A DNA stretch of 64,000 bases from Terriglobia bacterium (GTDB taxonomy: Bacteria > Acidobacteriota > Terriglobia > 20CM-2-55-15). The notes under the pieces were generated by a model. It made no database searches. It was not told the origin of the DNA and saw only the letters and a program-made list of their open reading frames with translations. Where the stretch lies: NCBI GenBank assembly GCA_965218585.1, contig CBDCLE010000026.1:64001-128000 (forward strand). Direction: 5' to 3'. The translations under genes and the position numbers were made by a program. Position 1 is the first letter of the stretch. Every line of letters begins with the position of its first letter. Below, piece after piece: positions 42,529-53,044 of this stretch.

Positions 42529-45063
42529 ATGATCACCTTCCAGACATTCTGGCCCCTCCTACTGCTTGGGGCGATCCCTTATTTCTGGTGGGTGAGTCAA
42601 AAAACGCTGACTGACTTGAGCCCGGGACATCTGAAGCTCGGAACGGGAGTGCGCTCCGCTATTGTCGCGTGTCTGGCACTTGCGTTGATGCAGCCCGTTC
42701 TGAACCGTTCCGGCAACTGGGTCTCAGTCGTCTATCTGCTTGACGTCTCCCAGAGTGTTTCGCCCCAGGCTATTTCCGAAGCCATCGATTGGATCGAGGA
42801 AACTGAAGCCGTCGGGAACCCGGACCATTCCAGATTCATACCCTTCGCATCGAACTCGCTCGTGTTTGAAGAACTCGACGAACTCAGAACGGTGCAGGTG
42901 ACCAGCATCCCGACCGATGGTGCGATCGACCAGAGCGCGACCGACATCGAGAGGGCGTTGACCCAGGCATCACGCAGCTTCGCTCCCAACCATCTCAAGC
43001 GCCTGGTCCTGCTATCAGACGGCGGTGAAAATGCAGGGGAAGTGAAGGACTCGATCCTCAGGATGAATAAGGAAAACGTCCAGGTCTTCACGCGACCGAT
43101 CGCTGCCCGGGTTGGTTCAGACGCGTGGGTGGAAGATGTGCTGGCGCCCGCAACGGTCACCGAGGAAGAATTGTTTCCACTCGAAGTTCACGTCCACAGC
43201 CAGATTCGAACCAGCGGCGAGGTGGAAGTCCGTTACGGGACCGACGAACCCGAAACACGAGAGGTCGAGCTGGAACCTGGAATCAACCGTCTCTCTTTCG
43301 AAATCCGACTCACCGATACCGGCCCGGCTATGATCGAAGCGGAAGTAAGAATCGATGGGGACCGTTTCCCCGACAATAACGTCTTTCGCCAATCTGTGCT
43401 TGTTGATGGACCGCCACAGATCCTTTACGTGGAGGGGCGAACTCAAAGCGCGAATTACCTCGAAAACGTCCTCGAAGGTGAAGGCATTGAAGTCGAGTCT
43501 GCCGCCCCCGGGGAAGTCCCCCTACTCCTGGAAGACCTGGATGCATACGAGGCCGTCATCCTGAGCGATGTTGAAGCCGACACAATGACGCCGGTGGAAA
43601 TGGAAGCTCTGGCCATTTACGTCCGCGAGTTGGGTGGGGGGTTTCTCCTTGTCGGCGGAGAATCCGTTTACGGTGAAGAGGGTTATTCAGAAACGGTTGT
43701 AGAGGAAATACTGCCGGTGAGCTTTGATCTGGAAAGGCCGTCGGTCGCTCTGATCATCGTCCTGGACAAGTCGGGAAGCATGGGGGGAGAAAAACTCGAA
43801 CTCGCGAAAGAGGCGTCCAAGGCGGCTGTCGAGGTGCTCCGGGACGATCACATGATCGGCATCGTCGCTTTCGACTACGACCATTATTGGCCCGTGGATC
43901 TGCAGACGGCAGAGGATCGCGAAGAAATCGATCGAAGAATCAGCCGAATCATCGCGGGCGGTGAAACCAATATCTATCCCGCCCTCGAGGAAGCCTTTGA
44001 TGAATTGACCGATATCGAGGCTGAGGTCAAACACGTCATTCTGCTCTCGGACGGTCGATCGCTTCCTGAAGATTTCGAAGAACTCGTCTTGCGGATGAAC
44101 GAAGAAACGATAACTGTTTCAACGGTCGCGGTTGGAAACGGGGCAGATCGTGAGCTGCTGTCCAACATCGCGGCCTGGGGAAGCGGCCGGACCTATTTCA
44201 TGGAAGACGCCAACCGGGTACCCCAGGTGTTTGCCGACGAAGCCGAGCTGGCGACACAGGGAACGTTGCGCGAGGAGCCGTTCCAACCTGTCGTTCTGAA
44301 AGAAGTCGAAGCGTTCAAGGGCATCGATTTTTCAACAAGCCCACCACTGCTGGGCTATGTCTCTACGCTCCCCAAGGAGACGGCGGAAATCCTGTTGGAA
44401 TCGGATGTCGAAAAACCGATATTGGCTCGTTGGCAGTACGGTTTAGGAAAAACCGTGGCTTTCACCTCGGACGTGAAGGATCGCTGGGCAGCAGAATGGT
44501 TGAACTGGGACGGGTACAGCAAGCTCTGGCCCCAGTTGGTCCGTGAAACCATGAGACGGAGAGACGACGGTGAATTGGACCTGCAGATTGACAAGATCGG
44601 GAACGAGGCACAGATCTCGATTACAGCGCTCGAAGAAGACGGCAGTTTCCGGAATCGATTGGACTCACAGCTCAGCGTCGTTGATCCACAGCAAAACGTT
44701 TCCGTAGTGAATCTCCGCCATTCCGGACCTGGCACATTCGAAGGGGAATTCCCTGTTGACCAACGCGGGCCCTATCTGTTCCGGATAACCGGAGATGAGT
44801 CCGGGACTTCCCGGATCCTGCCCTATTCCTATCCTGAGGAATACCACTTCTATCCTCCCGATACAGAACTCCTCGCAGAAGTGAGTTCCGTTACAGGCGG
44901 AGTCTATGATGCCAGCGCGTCCGACGTCTTCGGCTCGGACCAGGAAAGCATAATGAGACCGACACCGCTTTGGCCGTACATGGCGATCGTCGCGTTACTT
45001 CTGTATATGGGAGACATACTTCTGCGCCGGCTTCGCCTGTTCGAACCTGAGGTCACATCCTAA
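42529..45063 (+). CDS. Double-VWA plus glutamine amidotransferase-like membrane protein
   Basis: LDVSQS/LSDG, LDKSGSM/GGETNI/LSDG, GGGFLLVGG, WQYGLGKTVAFTSD motifs. Confidence 0.85.
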   Translation: MITFQTFWPLLLLGAIPYFWWVSQKTLTDLSPGHLKLGTGVRSAIVACLALALMQPVLNRSGNWVSVVYLLDVSQSVSPQAISEAIDWIEETEAVGNPDHSRFIPFASNSLVFEELDELRTVQVTSIPTDGAIDQSATDIERALTQASRSFAPNHLKRLVLLSDGGENAGEVKDSILRMNKENVQVFTRPIAARVGSDAWVEDVLAPATVTEEELFPLEVHVHSQIRTSGEVEVRYGTDEPETREVELEPGINRLSFEIRLTDTGPAMIEAEVRIDGDRFPDNNVFRQSVLVDGPPQILYVEGRTQSANYLENVLEGEGIEVESAAPGEVPLLLEDLDAYEAVILSDVEADTMTPVEMEALAIYVRELGGGFLLVGGESVYGEEGYSETVVEEILPVSFDLERPSVALIIVLDKSGSMGGEKLELAKEASKAAVEVLRDDHMIGIVAFDYDHYWPVDLQTAEDREEIDRRISRIIAGGETNIYPALEEAFDELTDIEAEVKHVILLSDGRSLPEDFEELVLRMNEETITVSTVAVGNGADRELLSNIAAWGSGRTYFMEDANRVPQVFADEAELATQGTLREEPFQPVVLKEVEAFKGIDFSTSPPLLGYVSTLPKETAEILLESDVEKPILARWQYGLGKTVAFTSDVKDRWAAEWLNWDGYSKLWPQLVRETMRRRDDGELDLQIDKIGNEAQISITALEEDGSFRNRLDSQLSVVDPQQNVSVVNLRHSGPGTFEGEFPVDQRGPYLFRITGDESGTSRILPYSYPEEYHFYPPDTELLAEVSSVTGGVYDASASDVFGSDQESIMRPTPLWPYMAIVALLLYMGDILLRRLRLFEPEVTS

Positions 45064-45290
45064 GCCCGCTGGCCCACATTCGCATCCGGCGCACTACGTC
45101 ATCCAAACTGTTGGAATCGGGCGAAGATTTCGCTCGGTCGTTCCAACGGCCATCCTGGCCGAACGACCGGCGACCCTCGCAATCATCCTGATTGCGAGGC
45201 CTAAGGGGACACAACGACACTTTGAAGCAGGCACTGAAGGACCCGCACTGGTCTCCGGTGCGGGTGGACAACGAGGCGGAGCCGCGGCGT
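45064..45290. ncRNA. Candidate structured non-coding RNA, family unassigned
   Basis: At least four strong hairpins plus partial end-to-end complementarity in a non-coding gap between convergent genes. Confidence 0.45.
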
Positions 45291-45361
45291 CAGTGTAAGA
45301 GAACGATCAAAGCGAGCATGATGATCCGCCAACTCTGGCTGAAGGCGAATAGCTCTACAAG

Positions 45362-45991
45362 CTAAAAGCTCACAGCATCCGCAACAGCGATTCGAATCGC
45401 CGCGTAAACGATCCATCCTCCGATTACGACCACTCCCCCTAACCTGGGTGAGGACTCCCTGCTGAGAAATTGGTAGCCAACGACCAGCAACGCGAGCACC
45501 CAGATCGTAATCGCATCGATCATGCTGGCCGCAACAAAGAGCTCGGACGAAACTGACCCGGGATCCAGCAGACGGGCCGCGCTCAGCCGTCCGACCTGAA
45601 CCGAAGGTGGTTCCACGCCAGACGAAATCATGAGAACTACGCTCTGCGCAAGATGGTAGATCGCTGAGGGGACAAAGGCCAGCGCCGTCACGGAAAGAAA
45701 ACTCCTGTAGCCATGCCGACGTCCGAGGAAAGAAAAGATCAAGAAGAAAAGACCCGAAACCAGCAAGACGACGAAGGCGGGTCCCAACACGGCGACCGCA
45801 AGTGTGAGGGTCCACACTCCGCGCAGTAGGGCGTCTGCAGGTGGGAACTTGAAATAGACGACCAGGCTCGTTACAGCCGCAAAGACAGTAGGAATCATAA
45901 CCGGAACGATGACGATCGGTCTGTCGGTGGCCCCCGACATCGTTGCCGACGGCATCCAGAACACGCTCAGCGCTCGGTAGAGATCGCCCAT
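45362..45991 (-). CDS. Yip1-family membrane protein
   Basis: VFWMPSATM start, about five TM helices, IDAITIWVLALLVVG. Confidence 0.7.
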   Translation of the reverse strand: MGDLYRALSVFWMPSATMSGATDRPIVIVPVMIPTVFAAVTSLVVYFKFPPADALLRGVWTLTLAVAVLGPAFVVLLVSGLFFLIFSFLGRRHGYRSFLSVTALAFVPSAIYHLAQSVVLMISSGVEPPSVQVGRLSAARLLDPGSVSSELFVAASMIDAITIWVLALLVVGYQFLSRESSPRLGGVVVIGGWIVYAAIRIAVADAVSF

Positions 45992-46103
45992 AGCGTTCTG
46001 ATTCTACCCCATGAGGAAATTACTGAACCACAGAGGCGCGGAGGCACAGAGCCGAACGGAGTCCCTTGAAGTTCTTGGGTTTTGGTTAGAGCTAAAGCAA
46101 GAC

Positions 46104-46988
46104 TCAGGGCGATGGAGGAACTTCGCCCAGGTAGTCTAGGGTGACATCCACAATGCCGATTTCCACACGACGGTTTCGGGCACGTGCTGCGGGAGTGGCT
46201 CCATCAACCCGTGGACTCGACTGACCGTACCCTCGAGTGGTGATGATATCGGCGTCGACACCGGATTGGACGATGTAGTCGCGAACTGACTCGGCCCGCC
46301 TCTCCGACAGTTGCTGATTGTAGGCTTCCGAACCTACGTCGTCGGTATGTCCATACACGTAGATGGAATAGCCGGTAGAGGTCAAGAGAACTCCGGAAAT
46401 TCGGCTCAACAGTTCACGTTCGGCAAAGCCCAGCTCCGCGCGGTCGAACTCGAATTCGATTGCGTCTGTTCCAAGGTTCATAACCAAACCCAGTGCAGTT
46501 CGACGCGTTTCTACAATCTCGCTGAGCGCTCGCTCCAACCGGTCCAACTCGGCTTGACGCTCCCTCTGGATTCGCTCTGTTTCCTGGCGGGCTGCTTCTG
46601 CATCCGCTTGGGCTGACGCCGCCAAGGCCTCAGCCTGGACCCGTCCTGATTCCGCACTCAGTTGTGCTTCCTCTGCAACCTGGCGCGTACGCGCAGCTTC
46701 CTGGGCGTTTTCCTCAGCGCTGGCAGCTCGCCTCATCGCTTCTTCTGCGGACTCCGCTGCGTCGCGTGCCACACCGAGAGATTCAGCAACCTGTTCCCCC
46801 ATCTCTCCGACGCGCGTGTCAACATTCGCAAGGCGATCCTCAACCCTCGACATCTGTTCCAGGAACAGGTAGCCCATCAAACCAATTCCTGCCAGGACAA
46901 CCAGTATGGCGATAACGAGTTCGGTTTGGGACGCACCGCGTTGTGAACTGGATCTATCCGGCTGAGGTATCTGTTGTAAAAGGTTCAT
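46104..46988 (-). CDS. OmpA-family peptidoglycan-binding protein with TM anchor and coiled-coil stalk
   Basis: FEFDRAEL, GHTDDVG, NQQLSERRA.SV, RNRRVEI motifs. Confidence 0.9.
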   Translation of the reverse strand: MNLLQQIPQPDRSSSQRGASQTELVIAILVVLAGIGLMGYLFLEQMSRVEDRLANVDTRVGEMGEQVAESLGVARDAAESAEEAMRRAASAEENAQEAARTRQVAEEAQLSAESGRVQAEALAASAQADAEAARQETERIQRERQAELDRLERALSEIVETRRTALGLVMNLGTDAIEFEFDRAELGFAERELLSRISGVLLTSTGYSIYVYGHTDDVGSEAYNQQLSERRAESVRDYIVQSGVDADIITTRGYGQSSPRVDGATPAARARNRRVEIGIVDVTLDYLGEVPPSP

Positions 46989-47017
46989 CTATAGGTGCCA
47001 TTGTGGATCGGCGGATC

Positions 47018-47701
47018 TCACGATCCTCTGGGACGCCCCAGATCGCCGTTTCCCCGAGCCTTCTCGGCAGTCCGCTTCTGGTGGAGCTGTTGTCTGAGAT
47101 TTTCGTTGGCGCTCTTCAGATAATCGATCAGGGCTTCCAACCGATCACTCGCCGATGTCATCTCGAGTAACCGCTGCTTCTCATCAAACTCCATATCCAG
47201 AACATACGCCACCATGAAAGACAATTCCGAGGGAGAATCCGGAAGTTCGAGTTCGGCAGCCCTCTCTCCGGTCAGTTCAACACCTTTCCTGTAGGCGTCC
47301 AGATAGAGTTTGCCGACCTCAGACTGGAGTTCTTCCAGGACCGATTCAGCTTCATCCCTGTCATCAACGGGCTCTATCGCAGCACTCCAGAACGGCGACG
47401 GCTCCTTGAGTTCCAGAATCCGGAATCGGTCTTCCCCTTCGGTCAGTATGTTCATGCGTCCATCCTCGAGCCGCTCGACCTGAACAACGCGGGCGAGGAC
47501 CCCCACTTTCTTGATGTTCGAAGCTTTTTCTTCCTCACCGTTGAACAGAACGACGCCGAACGGATTTTCATCACCGATACACCCACTGACCATCGTCTTG
47601 TATCGCTCTTCGAAAATGTGTAGTGGAAGTTGAACCCTCGGAAAGAGGACCACGTTCGGAAGCGGAAACAACGGAATTTCAATGTGATCGGAGTGCGGCA
47701 T
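47018..47701 (-). CDS. LON peptidase substrate-binding domain protein
   Basis: PLFPLPNVVLFP..LPLHIFEERY, DGRMNI..G..RFRI, EKQRLLE motifs. Confidence 0.9.
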   Translation of the reverse strand: MPHSDHIEIPLFPLPNVVLFPRVQLPLHIFEERYKTMVSGCIGDENPFGVVLFNGEEEKASNIKKVGVLARVVQVERLEDGRMNILTEGEDRFRILELKEPSPFWSAAIEPVDDRDEAESVLEELQSEVGKLYLDAYRKGVELTGERAAELELPDSPSELSFMVAYVLDMEFDEKQRLLEMTSASDRLEALIDYLKSANENLRQQLHQKRTAEKARGNGDLGRPRGS

Positions 47702-47754
47702 CAACCCTCGGGTTACGGGCAACTCCACCGGTGGGCTGCGGGATTGTTTCTCTG

Positions 47755-48249
47755 CTATATGAAGAGCTCTTCGTCGCGACGGGAATCATCGGCTGAACTA
47801 CGATCTTTCCGGTTCAAGAAGAACTCGAAACCTTTGGTAACGCCTCGAGCCAGCGCGCCAACCTCCCGAACTGGACGAATGATGGAGTCCTGAACGACGT
47901 CAACGGTCTCGTTGACGCGCTCGCTGACCTCGCGGCTCATGTGGTCGACTCGTTCGAGCTGATTTTGCAGCGTTCGACCCGTCTCTCCAATCATTTCTTC
48001 GACGTTGTGCACCTGCTCCCGAGCGGCCCGGCCAACCTCAACGACGTCCTCAGAAACGGTTTTGAGATTGTCCGTGACGGCCTTCAAGGACGGCATCAGC
48101 TCGCGGAGCTGTCCGAGCGTAAGTTCCACTTGCGCCACCACACGCCTCGACAACAAGTAGAGACTCAGGAGTATGCCGGCCTGTAGCATCACCGCAGCGG
48201 CAGTCAAAGCGACGAAAAGAGTCAACAAGCCTTCCAAGGTATCCTCCAA
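47755..48249 (-). CDS. Hypothetical membrane-anchored coiled-coil protein (DUF948-like)
   Basis: N-terminal TM and helical repeats; downstream of the YtxH gene; TTG start. Confidence 0.65.
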   Translation of the reverse strand: MEDTLEGLLTLFVALTAAAVMLQAGILLSLYLLSRRVVAQVELTLGQLRELMPSLKAVTDNLKTVSEDVVEVGRAAREQVHNVEEMIGETGRTLQNQLERVDHMSREVSERVNETVDVVQDSIIRPVREVGALARGVTKGFEFFLNRKDRSSADDSRRDEELFI

Positions 48250-48609
48250 TCAGTCCGAAGTGTCTTTTTCCTGAAGGTACGCCTCTTTCCCGGCTTCGAA
48301 GGCAGCAGCAAGCTGTTCTTTCTGCTTCTGGACGACGTCCTTGCCCTTATCGACAAGACCATCAAATTCATCCCTGCCACGATCAACCAGGGACGTCACT
48401 TCGTTGCCGACGCGCCGGCGGCCATCTTCCACAAACTGTCGGCTCTCTTCGGCCTTATTGCCTAGAAACTCGCGTCCCTCTTGAGCCCGCCTGTTAATGT
48501 CCTCGCGTGTCGCGCGTCCTGACTGCGGCGCAAATAGCAGGGCTACGGCACTGCCCACTCCCGCGCCCGCTAGAAAGTAAAGAAACTTGTCTCCAAAGCT
48601 GCCACTCAT
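48250..48609 (-). CDS. YtxH domain protein
   Basis: FLAGAGVGSAVALLFAPQSGRATRE; RBS AGGAGG. Confidence 0.88.
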   Translation of the reverse strand: MSGSFGDKFLYFLAGAGVGSAVALLFAPQSGRATREDINRRAQEGREFLGNKAEESRQFVEDGRRRVGNEVTSLVDRGRDEFDGLVDKGKDVVQKQKEQLAAAFEAGKEAYLQEKDTSD

Positions 48610-48658
48610 ATCGACCTCCTATTGGCCTAAGTTGATAGTAACACAGGAGCATAAGGAC

Positions 48659-48709
48659 TAATTCGGGGACAGTGAGCAAATTCCGAATTTGCTCACTGTC
48701 CCCGAATTA
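48659..48709. repeat. REP-like perfect palindrome (25-bp arms, 1-nt spacer)
   Basis: TAATTCGGGGACAGTGAGCAAATTC-C-GAATTTGCTCACTGTCCCCGAATTA. Confidence 0.88.
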
Positions 48710-48727
48710 AGGCCGAAGGTTGAAAGC

Positions 48728-50540
48728 TCAGGTCTGATCGAAGTGACGGCGAAGCGATTCCACCTGGCGACGGTTTGCGACCTTCGACAGTTTCTCGGGT
48801 GATGCCTCGCTCACCTTCTTCATGGATCCCGAAGTGATCGAGTAATTTACGAGCAGTCCGAGGCCCGATCCCAGCAATGTCTGCGAGTTGAGTCGTACGT
48901 CTCTGCCGGTCGCGACGCTTACGGTGAAAGGTAACGGCAAAGCGGTGACTTTCGTCCCGGATCTGCTGGATCAGACGAAGAACCGGTGAACGGCGATCCA
49001 GCATTACCGGTTCATCTTCTCGGCCGGCGATATAAATAATTTCCTCGCGTTTGGCGATACTCGCCAGCGGCTGATCCACGATGTTGAGGTCGTCGAGGGC
49101 AGCCTGCGCGGCGTGAAGCTGGCCAAGTCCCCCGTCAATAAGAATCAGGTCGGGCATTCGTTGCTTCTCTTCCAAGACCCGGCGGTACCGGCGGGTCACG
49201 ACCTCTTGCATGCTCTTGAAATCATCAGGCTTACCGGAAACAGATCGCACAATGAAACGGCGGTATTCGGACTTCCTCATACTTCCTTCGCGCCAGACGA
49301 CCATAGACGCAACAATGTCACTTCCCTGAAGATTGGATATGTCGAAGCCTTCGATACGCTTGGGTGTCTTCTCCAGTTCGAGCGTTTCCTCGACCTCGCG
49401 GGCAATCGTTGAAGCTGAAGGCATTGCTGAACGAAATCGTTGATCGAATGTCAGCTTCGCGTTGCGTCGCAACAGCTCCATCATCTCCCGTTTGGCCCCC
49501 CGAACCGGAGTCCGGATCTCGACCTTGCGCCCCTTCTTTTCACTGAGTCTCTCGGCCAGAACCAGTCGATCTTCGAAGACAACGGGTACGTGGATCTCGA
49601 CAGGAATAAATGGCGCGTCCAGGTAGTACTGTTTCAACAGCGCACCCAGGAATTCTGATTGATCAAAGTTCGCCTGGTCTTCCCAGAAGAGTTCTTTCTT
49701 GTTGACGACGCGTCCCCCACGCATGTGAAACGCTGAAACGGCAACCTGTGGGCCGTCCCTGTGCAGTCCGAATATATCTATATCGTCAGACCCGGCCGAT
49801 GCCATCTTCTGTCGCTCTGCCACCTGCTGGATTGTCCGAATAGCATCGCGGTGGTGTCCTGCAGCTTCGTACTCCTGGTTGCCGGAAGCTGCTTCCATCT
49901 TCTGTTTCAACCGGGCCAGGAGATCCCGCGTCCGTCCTTCCAGGAAAAGGCGAACGTCCTGAACCGATTCCATATACGCTTCCCGCGTCGAGAGTCGGGC
50001 CACACACGGGCCCATACATCGATGAATGTAGTACTGCAGGCATGGGCGTCCCCGCTTACCGTCGATCCTGATGTTGCAGTTGCGAACCATGAAATGGCGT
50101 TCGATCAGTCGAAGGGTCTTGCGAGCCAAACCGCCTGGAAAGTAAGGGCCGAAATAAAGCGCGCCGTCCTTGCGAACCCGGCGGGTGATCAACGCCTTGG
50201 GGTACGCCTCATTGAGGGTCAGCTTAATGTACGGGTATGTCTTGTCGTCCCTAAGCAAAACGTTGTATCGGGGCTTGTTCTGCTTGATCAGGTTGTTTTC
50301 AAGCGCGAGCGCCTCGCCTTCCGTATCGGTGACAATGAATTCCACATCCCAGACCTGGTCGATCATCCGGTCCCGGCGGGGATCGTGTGTCCGGGACTCC
50401 TGAAAGTAAGTACGGACACGATTCCTTAAAGACTTGGCCTTTCCGACGTAGAGAACCACCCCTCCCTCATCCCGGTATAGATACACCCCGGGACCCGTTG
50501 GAATGGCTTTCAATTTCGTGCTGAGTTTCGGATTCGGCAA
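48728..50540 (-). CDS. uvrC: Excinuclease ABC subunit C (frameshift near 48828; true C-terminus ..HFGSMKKVSEAS..RRHFDQT)
   Basis: GIY-YIG PGVY/YVGKAK, DDKTYPY, IEGFDISN, IDGGLGQL, IRDESHRFA and HhH GIGP motifs. Confidence 0.93.
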
Positions 50541-50718
50541 ATTACTTAATACCGCGGAAGTTGCCAGCTCGAACAGCGGGGGTTGAGGCCGCCGAGTCGT
50601 AGAGCCGCAAGGGTTTACGGACTATCGGAAAAATTATAACAAGCCTTGACCGTACCTTGCCTTTAACGTAGAGTGCCGCCTTAGCATTCCCTAACAGAAG
50701 CAGTCGGAGTCGATCAGC

Positions 50719-53018
50719 ATGAAACGGCGTTTCCCAACCATTCTGGGCGTATTTCTCACGCTCCTGTTTGCCTTGCTGGCGGCGAACCGCCTGGACTGGA
50801 CAGCGGAAAGCTTCCTCACCAGTCTGGACATGCGGTGGCTGGATACCAAGTTCAGATTGCGCGGGGAAAGAGCCCCCGGAGATCAACTGGTCCTGGTCGC
50901 ACTCGACGAAAGGTCACTGGAATCACTGGGATCAGCCCGCCTGTTCGAGCGTCATCATGTAGCACAACTTGTCGATCGACTCAATCAGGCAGGCGCCCGG
51001 GTTATCGGCTTTGACATCACCTACAGCGAACCCGACCCCACCAGCCCCGACAACGATCGTCTCTTTGCTGAAGCAATCGAAAGGGCAGGTAACGTGGTCC
51101 TGGGCACCTATTTCGAGCTGGAGGCCACAACCGGACAGAGCGGGGAACGGGGAGAGTTGACGCCGGAGTTCCAGGAAATCGTAATCGAAAAGCAGGTATA
51201 CCCATCGCTCAGAACGAGCGGAACAGAAGGCGGAGAAACGCTTATTCAGGGCAACACGCTTGAAATGAACCTTCCTTCCCTGACCCGGGCAGCGGCTTCA
51301 TTTGGTTCCGTTAACGTTCATACAGATGCTGATGGCTCCCCCCGGTATCAGCCGCAGTTCATCGAATGGGGTGGAAGACTCTATCCTTCTCTGGACCTGC
51401 AACTGTTGAAACGTTACCTGGACGCGCCTTCGGTCGGGGTGACGATGCAAGACGGAAGAATGGAACAGGTGCAGGTCGGCGATTACGTTATTCCGACTGA
51501 CCGCTACGGTCGTTACATGGTCAATTTCAATGGGCCTGCCAACACGTTTCCGACTGTGTCGTGGATTGATGTCGAAGAGGGTCGCGTGGATCCCGGAGCG
51601 CTACGCGACAAGATAGTCCTTGTTGGGCCAACGGCGATTGGTCTGGGCGACGTCCTCCCTACTCCGTTCGACCCGGTGCTGCCGGGCGTCGAAATACATG
51701 CAAACGTCATCGACAACGTGCTCGAGCAACGCTACCTGGTGCGCGACACAATGACCTCCATGGTTGATCTGCTCCTTATCGTGGGCCTGGGTGTCCTCGT
51801 ATCTCTGTATCTCCCGAAGATGGGAGCGACTCGGAGCATCATCTCCACGGTAGTGGGGTTGCTCGCGTTCACAGGGCTGAACGTCTGGGTCTTTCTGCAG
51901 TTCACCTGGGTGTTGAGTTACGTGTATCCCGGACTGGCCTGGTCGTCACGAGCGGGTCCCTGATTTCTTACAAGTACCTCACTGAGGAACGGGAAAAGAA
52001 ACGGACTAAACAGGTCTTCTCGCACTATCTCGACCAGGCGGTTATCGACCAGGTCGTCGACCAACCCGAGAAGCTCAAGCTGGGTGGCGAAAAACATAGC
52101 CTGACGGTTCTGTTCTCCGACATTCGTGGCTTCAGTACATTCTCGGAAAAGATGACGCCTCAGGAACTGGTCGGTTTCCTCAACACCTATTTCGACCAGA
52201 TGACCAACATCATTTTCAAACACCAGGGAACGCTGGACAAATTGATCGGCGACGCCGTGATGTGTTTCTGGGGCCATCCCATCGAAACAGAAGACCATCC
52301 ACTGCGTGCGACCGTGGCTGCATTGGAGATGATGGATGTCGTCCATCAGATGCAGGAAACCGTTCGGCTACCCGGAGGGCATCTCTTTGACATCGGCATC
52401 GGTGTCAACACCGGAGATACGGTCGTCGGCAACATGGGCTCCCAGAACCGATTCAGCTACACCGCAATGGGCGACGACGTGAACCTTGGATCGCGGCTCG
52501 AAGGTCTCAATAAGTTTTACGGTACGAACATCCTGATTACCGACAGCACCTACCTCAAGGTACGGGACCGAATCTTCTGCCGGGAATTGGACAGGGTTAA
52601 GGTCAAGGGCCGGGACCATGCTGTAACGATCTACGAACCCCTCGGGCTACACAAACCCGAGCAGGAACAGCGGGTGTCGGACCGCCGAACCGATCCGACT
52701 CTCTGGAAACGATTCAAGGGGGCATATTCCAACGCGAGACACGGCGAACGGCGGCGCGGCGCGGACCGGCGCCAGGGATCGGCGGAACTGATCGTCGACC
52801 CGAAATGGGAAGAGATCCGCACGATCTTCGAACATGGTTTGGAACTGTACCGTGAAGCCGATTTCGACGGCGCGGACCAGGCATTTGACCACGTCATGAA
52901 ACTTGTTCCGGAAGATGGACCTTCGCGTATGATGAAGGCACGCATCGAAAAATATCGCGCGGAGTTCGTCGGGGCAAGGTCGGAGTTCGATCCGATTCAC
53001 AAGTTTGACGAGAAATAG
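50719..53018 (+). CDS. CHASE2-domain class III adenylate cyclase (split by frameshift near 51939)
   Basis: CHASE2 motifs (DERSL, IGFDI, DADG..R, KIVLVG, PGVEIHAN) and TMs; shifted frame gives LFSDIRGFS, DKLIGDAVM, GNMGS..RFSYTAMGDDVNLGSRLEG. Confidence 0.88.
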
Positions 53019-53044
53019 CCTGGAAACAGCTTGGACATAGCCAG

